DNA of 64,000 nt from Thermoplasmata archaeon (GTDB lineage Archaea > Thermoplasmatota > Thermoplasmata > Lutacidiplasmatales > UBA184), in NCBI GenBank assembly GCA_021809545.1, contig JAKAYL010000001.1, positions 101,710 through 165,709 on the forward strand, given 5' to 3'. Made by a program: the position numbers and the translations under genes. Each line of letters starts with the position of its first letter. The first letter of the stretch is position 1. Below, piece by piece: positions 37,194 to 44,215 of the stretch. The notes under the pieces are model-generated. The model searched no databases, was not told the DNA's origin, and saw only the letters and a program-made list of their open reading frames with translations.

Positions 37194-37613
37194 TTACCGT
37201 CCCTTGCAGGGAGGAATGGGTTGTCCGTGAGGGCAGCGGACTGGGTGTCCCTTCCCCTCGCAGACCTGTTCGATGGTGCGGTGCGACAAGGCGAGGTCGA
37301 CCTCGCGGGCCGCCTCGCAGGTCTCTTCGGGGGAGAGACCCAGTTCCTGGAAGAGACTCTCCGCCACACGGTGGTGCCGCTGGTACTCGACGATCGTGGC
37401 GCGGCCGCTTTCCGTGAGGCGGGACTTCCCCCGGTGCCGCTCCACGAGCTTGAGGTCCTCCAGGGCCCCCACGTGGTCCAAAGCGGACGGGGAGGAGACT
37501 TTCAGGCGGGCGGCGATCGCCTTGAGAGGAGCACCCCGGCCGTCCTTGTCCGCCTCGACGATCGAGCGGAGAGTGTCGACCTGGCGCCGGGTGAGCCTCT
37601 GCAGCAACTCCAT
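37194..37613 (-). CDS. DtxR/MntR-family metal-dependent transcriptional regulator
   Basis: Winged-helix N-terminus with a metal-binding helix (ESLFQELGLSPEETCEAAREVDLALSH). A TTAATAAAC TATA-like element lies about 20 nt upstream. Confidence 0.7.
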   Translation of the reverse strand: MELLQRLTRRQVDTLRSIVEADKDGRGAPLKAIAARLKVSSPSALDHVGALEDLKLVERHRGKSRLTESGRATIVEYQRHHRVAESLFQELGLSPEETCEAAREVDLALSHRTIEQVCEGKGHPVRCPHGQPIPPCKGR

Positions 37614-38111
37614 ACCCCCCTAAGGCGGGGCCATGTTTATTAAGTACACCCTAATTATTTGGTTCAAACAAAGATGCGGGAAGCCGAAAGGAGTCAGGTG
37701 CCTACCGAGCCAAGGTGAACCATCGAACGGGGAAGCCTCGACTTTCAACCGACCAGCGTAGAAATGCAGGAATCCCGAGGCAAATTCTCAGCGGCGGCGG
37801 TCACCCATTTGTGCCGATCCCCACTTCCTTCTCGGTAGCTTTCGACCCGGTATCCCTAGTTGCGCTCGTCCCCATCCTTGAACTCTCTCTGTACGGTTCA
37901 CAAGAAACACAAGAACTGTCGAGTATCCTACTCATAACACAGATACCCGAATTCCCGATGGAACGTTCCAAGCCGAGCACTCTTGACCGATTCAATTCCA
38001 CCGATGATTGCCACACTGTAAATCAACCAGTTCCTTACCAGAAAAGGGGAACAAGACCGCTAGCGTTGGGTACTGCAGCGACTCCGCGCGAACACTGGCC
38101 CGATACAGTTC

Positions 38112-38120
38112 TTTAAAATA
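38112..38120 (+). promoter_or_regulatory. TATA TTTAAAATA 35 nt upstream of the low-GC-island gene
   Basis: Seen directly. Confidence 0.45.
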
Positions 38121-38154
38121 TGCACCGTCCTTTACTACTTGCTTTGTAACGGAA

Positions 38155-39102
38155 ATGAGTTGCAAGAGTGCATCCAATGGTAGGCGAACGGCAATCAATC
38201 AAAACGCCAGACAAGCTTTGGTGGTAATCCTATCGATAGCCGTAGCCGTGCCCCTGAATGGCTGGCTGCTCTACGAGGAGTTCTGGGGTCATCACGTCGA
38301 ATGTTCGGTTGGGAATGCTGTGGCCAACAGCGAGATGGTGACTCCCTACGCCATGGCGAATCGCCCCTATCTGGGTGGGAACCAGACGATGAACATCAGC
38401 TACCTGGCGGGCCCGGACTACACGTTCGATTCAGGTGGCTTGCGAGTGACCACGCCGTTGTTTTCACCGATGTCACGAACCAATTATGCCTATCAGTCCG
38501 TTGTGGCTTGGGGTAATCTTTCCTTCACGAATGAGTCTTACATTTGGACCGTTGCAGTTTACTGGGACTTCAACTGGACGATCTACTCTGTGAAGAACGT
38601 CAGTGTGTTCACCTCGAACCCTAGCGAGCCGTGCACGCAAGCATACGTGGCCATGGTAGCCAATGAGGGAGCATTCATGACTAGCGGAGGAAGTCAGGTT
38701 GTCGGTTCCCTTCCGTTGCAGAACTCCACCACGGATGCCAGTGAGGGGCACTATCTCCCCTCCAACAATCTGAGCGTCACGGGAGACTGGCCAAGCATTT
38801 GGTACAACAACAGTTTCTATGGGTCCAATCGCCCCACCATTGACACTTGCAATCAAAGCAACGATACAGTGATCAAGTCGTACGGTTGGGTCTACCTCCC
38901 TATCGCGGTCACCTTGAGGGCAGGGGGGCACAACGTAACGGCATATGGTTCGCTGGGGTGGAGCGGGGGGCCGAGCCCCTCTTCGAGCAACCCTGCGACC
39001 ATGACTTACGTCTTTCCTGCCCACGGTGGCATCTGGAAAGTCTATTCCATTCCGGGATCAGGGAATCCTGGAGCCTTGGCGTTCCAGTACTATTCGTGTT
39101 GA
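38155..39102 (+). CDS. secreted/anchored protein rich in Asn-x-Ser/Thr sequons, inside a low-GC island
   Basis: ATG at 38155 with TTTAAAATA 35 nt upstream. N-terminal hydrophobic anchor. At least 14 N-x-S/T sequons. Local GC is about 50% against about 65% for the window. Confidence 0.45.
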   Translation: MSCKSASNGRRTAINQNARQALVVILSIAVAVPLNGWLLYEEFWGHHVECSVGNAVANSEMVTPYAMANRPYLGGNQTMNISYLAGPDYTFDSGGLRVTTPLFSPMSRTNYAYQSVVAWGNLSFTNESYIWTVAVYWDFNWTIYSVKNVSVFTSNPSEPCTQAYVAMVANEGAFMTSGGSQVVGSLPLQNSTTDASEGHYLPSNNLSVTGDWPSIWYNNSFYGSNRPTIDTCNQSNDTVIKSYGWVYLPIAVTLRAGGHNVTAYGSLGWSGGPSPSSSNPATMTYVFPAHGGIWKVYSIPGSGNPGALAFQYYSC

Positions 39103-39158
39103 ACTGTCGGAAAGACGGCGCCTCCGAGCGAGCCTAGGTTCCGAGCTACAGGTTTCAC

Positions 39159-39172
39159 GCCGAAAAATCGGC
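39159..39172 (-). terminator. hairpin GCCGATTTTTCGGC (minus strand) immediately after the DUF169 stop
   Basis: 4-bp GC stem around a T5 run on the transcribed strand. Confidence 0.3.
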
Positions 39173-39186
39173 GGCCGCGGACCAGA

Positions 39187-39918
39187 TCAGTGCTGGAAAG
39201 TCCTGAGCGGGACCGCCGCCTTCCGGCGGGCCATCTCCGCCCCGACCTCGAGGTTGGCGCCCTGGAGGCGGTGGACCGAATGGCTGAACTCCTCCACGTA
39301 GTCCCCGCGGACCGCGATCAGCATCTTGTCGTTCCCCGGTTCGACGAACGTCCGGAATCCTCCGCACCCGAGGCTCACCGCGAAGGGAGCCTTACCCTGG
39401 AGAACGGTGGGGATGACGGCGCACGCGGGGCGGCCGCTGAAGCCGACCCCGAAGGGGTGGGCTTGCCCGGGGCTCGCCGCCTCCATCGCGACCATCGCGG
39501 AGGAGGGACGGGCAAAGAGAACCACGGCACTCGGGGCAGAGGGGACCTGACCCAGAGGACCGTAGGCGACGAACTTGGGTGGGGCATCCAGATGGGGGAT
39601 GTGCGCCTCCTCTCCCTTCTCGAGGTAGCCCTGCTGCTGCATCCACGAGAGGGTCATCGTCAATTTCTCCCCGACGGCTCCGCCGAGAGGAGCGCCCAGG
39701 ACAAAGGCCCCTATCTCGCAACTCATGTGGTCGTCGAGGGGGGCGTAGAAGGACTCCTTCCGGGCCTCGGCCCAGAAGGTGCACCACGAAGGGACATTGC
39801 GGTCGTACTTCTTCATCTCGCTCGGAACTTCCGTGAGGAAGGAGATCTGGATGGGCGGTACATCGAGGTCGAGATCCTTGGTGAGCGTCTGAGCCACCTT
39901 CTTTGTATCCATTCCCAT
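39187..39918 (-). CDS. DUF169 family protein
   Basis: ATG at complement 39916-39918. Sequence pattern is typical of the DUF169 layout. Confidence 0.6.
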   Translation of the reverse strand: MGMDTKKVAQTLTKDLDLDVPPIQISFLTEVPSEMKKYDRNVPSWCTFWAEARKESFYAPLDDHMSCEIGAFVLGAPLGGAVGEKLTMTLSWMQQQGYLEKGEEAHIPHLDAPPKFVAYGPLGQVPSAPSAVVLFARPSSAMVAMEAASPGQAHPFGVGFSGRPACAVIPTVLQGKAPFAVSLGCGGFRTFVEPGNDKMLIAVRGDYVEEFSHSVHRLQGANLEVGAEMARRKAAVPLRTFQH

Positions 39919-40018
39919 CACCCGCTACGGCCCAGAAACAAGGCGCAGCCTATCTACCCGTTCTGTAGGAAGGGGCGCTACAGTCCCAGCCCCTCCGACT
40001 TGGTTCCTGGGGCGGTTC

Positions 40019-41251
40019 TCAAAGGATTCCCAGGATCCCGCAGACGACGATCGAGGCGAGGCTTCCCCAGTAGGCCACCTTCCACCATCCTCGGGACGCG
40101 TGGGCTCCCATGACTCGAGGATCGGTGACGAGGAGCCCCGTCAGGACTCCGGGTACGATCAGGATGAACACCAGGAGCAGCATGAGGGAGAGGACAATCG
40201 TGAGCGGATGGGGGTAGAGAAGGGGAACGGCGACCGCGGGGAGGCTCTCAAGGACGTACGCCCAGAAGGCGCGCGTCCGGGGGATCCGCAGGGCCTCGAC
40301 CACTCCCCAGGCGCTGCCGAGCGAGATGACAACCAAGGCAAGGAACGCGGCCGCGATGAGACCGATCCCGAACGCATACGGCAGGAGCGCTCCGCCGGCC
40401 GCTGCGAGGGCGCCCGCAAGACCGCTCGACGTAAAGAGATTGGCCGTCGAGGGCATCCCGGCCCCCAGCAGGAGGAAGGCGACCATCAGGAGCTCGCTCA
40501 CCATGGCCCCCACCAGGGTCTCCCGACGGACCCCCGGAACGGTGGCTCCCCCCTTCTCCGCGGTGGCCGAGGACTGGTAGAAGAGCATGAAGGGCATCAC
40601 AACGGCCCCCGCGTTCGCCGCCAGGAGAAAGAGGAAGCTGGGGCTCCAGGAGAAGCTCATCGAGAGGTACTCCGGGGTGCCTCGAAGCATCAGGGCCGCG
40701 CCCACCGTGACCACGAAGAGGGCGGAGATGGCGAGCAGGACCCGCTCCAGCCAAACGTAGCGACCCCGGACCACCAGTCCGATATGGGCAAAGAAGGTCA
40801 AGGGGAGCGAGATCTCGAGGGGGACCCCGAAGATGCCGAGACCGAGCGCGATCGCCGCATATTCGGCCACATAGCTGGCCATGTCGGCGAGGGCCATCGG
40901 AATGGCTGCGAGGAGGCTCATCCGGGCGGAGCGGGTCTCCCGGATGAGCTCCCCCAGCCCCTTGCCCGTCACCGCGCCGAGCCGCCCGGCGGCCTCCTGG
41001 ACAAAGAAGAGCGGGAGGATCAGAAGGAGCAGGAACCAGACAAGGTCGTACCGGAAGGCCACCCCGGACTCCAGGCCGGTGAGGATGCTCGCGGCGTCCA
41101 CATCCGCGATCATGACCAGCCACGCCGGCCCCCAGGCCGCCGCCCATCGAGGGAGACGCAAGCGCGCTTCCCCCAGGGAGAGTCCCCCACGCGGACGAGC
41201 CCCAGCCTCTGCGATCGTGCCGTCCTTCAAGGAATATCCCTCCACGCCCAC
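40019..41251 (-). CDS. Nramp-related transporter with divergent metal-binding motifs
   Basis: Aligns with MntH TM1 (YIDPGNFATNIQAG vs ADVDAASILTGLESG) and TM6 (GATVMPH vs GAGMPS). Asp and Met are retained while Asn becomes Ser and His becomes Ser. The start is a GTG at 41251 and is uncertain. Confidence 0.7.
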   Translation of the reverse strand: MGVEGYSLKDGTIAEAGARPRGGLSLGEARLRLPRWAAAWGPAWLVMIADVDAASILTGLESGVAFRYDLVWFLLLLILPLFFVQEAAGRLGAVTGKGLGELIRETRSARMSLLAAIPMALADMASYVAEYAAIALGLGIFGVPLEISLPLTFFAHIGLVVRGRYVWLERVLLAISALFVVTVGAALMLRGTPEYLSMSFSWSPSFLFLLAANAGAVVMPFMLFYQSSATAEKGGATVPGVRRETLVGAMVSELLMVAFLLLGAGMPSTANLFTSSGLAGALAAAGGALLPYAFGIGLIAAAFLALVVISLGSAWGVVEALRIPRTRAFWAYVLESLPAVAVPLLYPHPLTIVLSLMLLLVFILIVPGVLTGLLVTDPRVMGAHASRGWWKVAYWGSLASIVVCGILGIL

Positions 41252-41350
41252 CCGCCTCAGGTGGGGGAGGCTGTATAAGCGTTCGCCATGTGAAACAACT
41301 TTTAGAACTGTTCACAATCAGAACACCCTCATATACTCCTGCTGGGTGGG

Positions 41351-42160
41351 TTGGGCATGCCCAAGAAGGCGTACTCTCCGGCCAAGCTCGTCCAATTGTT
41401 GCAGGCCCTCGTGGCCCGCGAGCTCGTGGAGCGGATGGGGGTCCCCGTCCGCCGCGCCGCACAGCTCCTCGGCATCGCCCCCTCTGCCATCTCCCAGTAC
41501 CTGAGCGGAAAACGCCGCCAGGCACCCATCGACGAGCTGTTCCTGAACGAGGCCGCGGTGAAACGGGCCCGTGACCTCGCCACCCTACTACTAGAGGGAG
41601 ACTATTCGGAGGGCGCGTCCGTCCGTCTCATCCTGGAGGCCTCCGCCCGGCTCGCGGGCGAGACCAAGGAAGAGGTGCCCCTGGACCCCGAGCAGACGGC
41701 CCGGATCCGCGTGGACCGCCGCCTGACCCGCCAGCTCCGGCAGCGCATCGCGGCCGAGCAGGCCTCGGTCTCGGAGTGCATGCAGCTGGCGCAAAAGGCC
41801 CGGGACGAGCTCACCCGGGCCATCTTCCGGCAGATCGCCTCCGACAGCCTGCGCCACGCCGAGATCGTGGCCTCCATCGAGACCTACCTGGACCGCGGGG
41901 TCAACCGGACCCTGGCGAGCGGGATCACCCGCGCGGACATCGAGCGCCTGATCGAGAGCGAGCGGGTGGCCGAGGCCCAGACCAGCGGGTACATCCAGAA
42001 GCACTTGGGGGGCGTCATGTCCCTCCTTGCCCACAGCATGCGCGCCGACGAGCGCAAGCACGACGAGCTCCTGATGGGATTGCTCCGCTATGGCTTTCCC
42101 ACTCCCGAGGGAGCCGCGGAAGCGGCCCTGCCCGAAAGGTCCCGGAAGAACCCCGGGTGA
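41351..42160 (+). CDS. HTH transcriptional regulator with C-terminal ferritin-like/helical domain
   Basis: N-terminal HTH (VRRAAQLLGIAPSAISQYLSGKR). The C-terminal half has E..H pairs (DSLRHAEIV, ADERKHDELL). TCATATACTC lies 25 nt upstream. Confidence 0.45.
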   Translation: MGMPKKAYSPAKLVQLLQALVARELVERMGVPVRRAAQLLGIAPSAISQYLSGKRRQAPIDELFLNEAAVKRARDLATLLLEGDYSEGASVRLILEASARLAGETKEEVPLDPEQTARIRVDRRLTRQLRQRIAAEQASVSECMQLAQKARDELTRAIFRQIASDSLRHAEIVASIETYLDRGVNRTLASGITRADIERLIESERVAEAQTSGYIQKHLGGVMSLLAHSMRADERKHDELLMGLLRYGFPTPEGAAEAALPERSRKNPG

Positions 42161-42264
42161 TCCGGCCTCCCCGCTATCCTGGGGCGACAGGGCCCGGGAA
42201 GGTGGGGGGATACTCTCCGGACCAACAACCTTTTAATCGGGGTCGGTCAGTGAGGAATGAGAAC

Positions 42265-43047
42265 ATGGCCTCGACACAACCCACCGCCCCATCCCCCAAG
42301 CCGGTCTCACCGCTCGAGGGTCTCCACCGGATCGAGAACCCGGTCTCCAATTCCTACCTCTTCAGGGACACGGACGGGATCTACATCGTCGACACGGGGT
42401 TCTTCGAGTCCGCGAAGCCGATCGCCGCTGCCCTCCCCGAGCTCACGGAGGGGGGGAAGGTCCCGGTCCGCGGCATCCTCCTCACGCACCAGCACCTGGA
42501 CCATATGGGGGGAGCGGCCCGGCTCCACTGGCTGACCGACGCCCCCGTGAGCGCGCATCGGTTCGACGTTCCGGCCATCGAGGGGATCGGACCCCTGGTC
42601 GGCCCCCCGCTGATCACCCAGCTCTTCCGCAAACCCGCGGTCAAGGTGGCGAACGTCCTCCAGGACGGCGCGACCGTGGGGCCCTTCACGGTCCTCCATG
42701 TGCCCGGTCACACCCCCGGCAGCGTGGCCTTCCTCCACAAGGCCCGGGGCCTCCTCTTCACGGGGGATTCCCTCATCGTGGGCAAGCGCGGCAGTCTCAC
42801 CACGGCGAAGCGCTCCCTCAGCTACGACCCCGAGGAGGCGGCCCTCTCCCTGAGGAAGTTCGCGGGGCTCACGATCGAAGCGGTCCTCCCGGGGCATGGG
42901 GATCCCGTCACCCAGGACCCCTCGGGCCAATTGGCCGCCGCCGTCGACCGGCTGAGCCACCCCGAGGCGAAGGAGGACAAGACCCTCTTCGGACCCGACG
43001 GTCGACCGGAAATCCACCCGGGAATGCCAGGGTGGAGGGAGGGATAG
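42265..43047 (+). CDS. MBL-fold metallo-hydrolase
   Basis: HQHLDHMGG (the HxHxDH motif). ATG at 42265 in frame within track ORF 41776..43047. CTTTTAATC lies 30 nt upstream. Confidence 0.75.
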   Translation: MASTQPTAPSPKPVSPLEGLHRIENPVSNSYLFRDTDGIYIVDTGFFESAKPIAAALPELTEGGKVPVRGILLTHQHLDHMGGAARLHWLTDAPVSAHRFDVPAIEGIGPLVGPPLITQLFRKPAVKVANVLQDGATVGPFTVLHVPGHTPGSVAFLHKARGLLFTGDSLIVGKRGSLTTAKRSLSYDPEEAALSLRKFAGLTIEAVLPGHGDPVTQDPSGQLAAAVDRLSHPEAKEDKTLFGPDGRPEIHPGMPGWREG

Positions 43048-43049
43048 AG

Positions 43050-43057
43050 TTTTAAAC
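43050..43057 (+). promoter_or_regulatory. TATA TTTTAAAC upstream of rpl15e
   Basis: 38 nt from the ATG. Confidence 0.45.
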
Positions 43058-43091
43058 TGGGCACTTGTCGCCCACCATCCCGTATCAGCAA

Positions 43092-43706
43092 ATGACCGAG
43101 TCCGTATTCCGACGTTACAGCGATGCTTTTCACCAAACCCTGACCGACGAAGGGGCCCAATGGAAGAGGGAACGTCTCTTCCTCTGGCGGCAGGAGCACG
43201 CCATCACCCGCCTCGAGCGGCCGACCCGGTTGGACCGGGCCCATGCCCTCGGCTGGCGCTCGAAGCCCGGTTTCATCATGGTCCGGGTCCGTGTGCGGCG
43301 CGGTGGCCAGGGAAAGCGGCACATCATCGCGGGCCGGCGGCCCAAGCACAAGGGGATCAACAAGATGACCCTCTCGAAGTCCATCCAGCGCATCGCCGAG
43401 GAGCGGGCGCAGCGGAAGTACCCGAACCTGGAGGTCCTGAACTCCTACTGGGTCGGGGAGGACGGCAAGCACAAGTTCTACGAGGTTATCCTTGTCGACC
43501 GCGCCCACCCGGTCATCGTACACGACCGCCGGGTGAACTGGGTCCTTGACCCGGGCAACCGTGGCCGCGCCTACCGCGGACTCACGAGCGCCGGGAAGAA
43601 GGGCCGAGGCCTGCGCTGGAAGGGAAAGGGAGCCGAGCGGATGCGCCCGTCCCGGAAGGCCAACCGGAAGCTCGAGGACCGGACGCACGTCAAGGTGATC
43701 CCGTAG
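43092..43706 (+). CDS. rpl15e: 50S ribosomal protein L15e
   Basis: IERPTRLDRAHALGW...GFIMVRVRVRRGG... are hallmark L15e motifs. TTTTAAAC lies 38 nt upstream of the ATG. Confidence 0.85.
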   Translation: MTESVFRRYSDAFHQTLTDEGAQWKRERLFLWRQEHAITRLERPTRLDRAHALGWRSKPGFIMVRVRVRRGGQGKRHIIAGRRPKHKGINKMTLSKSIQRIAEERAQRKYPNLEVLNSYWVGEDGKHKFYEVILVDRAHPVIVHDRRVNWVLDPGNRGRAYRGLTSAGKKGRGLRWKGKGAERMRPSRKANRKLEDRTHVKVIP

Positions 43707-43715
43707 GATCACCCG

Positions 43716-44144
43716 CTACCCGGACTCCGTCGGCAGCGGCTCGCGAAAGGCCTCTGCGTTCTTCTCAGCCCAGGTGGAGAGCCCTTCGACGCTCACGAGG
43801 TCCCCACGGACGGCCCGCGCCATGCGACGGCGGATCTCCGTGTCCACGGGAAGCCCCGTGCCGTGGAGGATGCGCGCCATGTGCTGGGAGAGCTTTCCCC
43901 CCTTGCCGTCCCAATCGGTCAGGAGGACGACCGGGCGCTGGCGTGAGATGAGTCCCTCGGCCACCTCAAGGAGGCTGTGCCCCTCGTTCAAGAGCACGAT
44001 GGAGTCGGCAGGCAACCCGATCCGGGTGAGCGCCCGGCGGTCCTTGACCCCCTCCACGAGCACGAGCCCGTGCTCTTCCAGCACGATCCTGCGCAGGCGG
44101 CCGAGCGCGGAGAGGAATTCCAGGAACTTCTCATGGGTCGTCAT
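43716..44144 (-). CDS. small Toprim-domain protein
   Basis: 142 aa with Toprim-like ...VLVEGVKD... and ...LLTDWDGKGG... acidic clusters. Confidence 0.55.
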   Translation of the reverse strand: MTTHEKFLEFLSALGRLRRIVLEEHGLVLVEGVKDRRALTRIGLPADSIVLLNEGHSLLEVAEGLISRQRPVVLLTDWDGKGGKLSQHMARILHGTGLPVDTEIRRRMARAVRGDLVSVEGLSTWAEKNAEAFREPLPTESG

Positions 44145-44215
44145 CGGAGCGTTCCCGTCGTGCAGAGGCGCATTCCCCTATATATGTGGCTTCCGGGACG
44201 GTGGACGCGCGCGCT

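Noticed and set aside
41776-42264. 5' extension of the MBL hydrolase ORF (track 41776..43047) overlapping the HTH regulator gene
   Set aside because: The extension is read through another gene in a different frame. A TATA box plus ATG at 42265 gives the natural MBL N-terminus.
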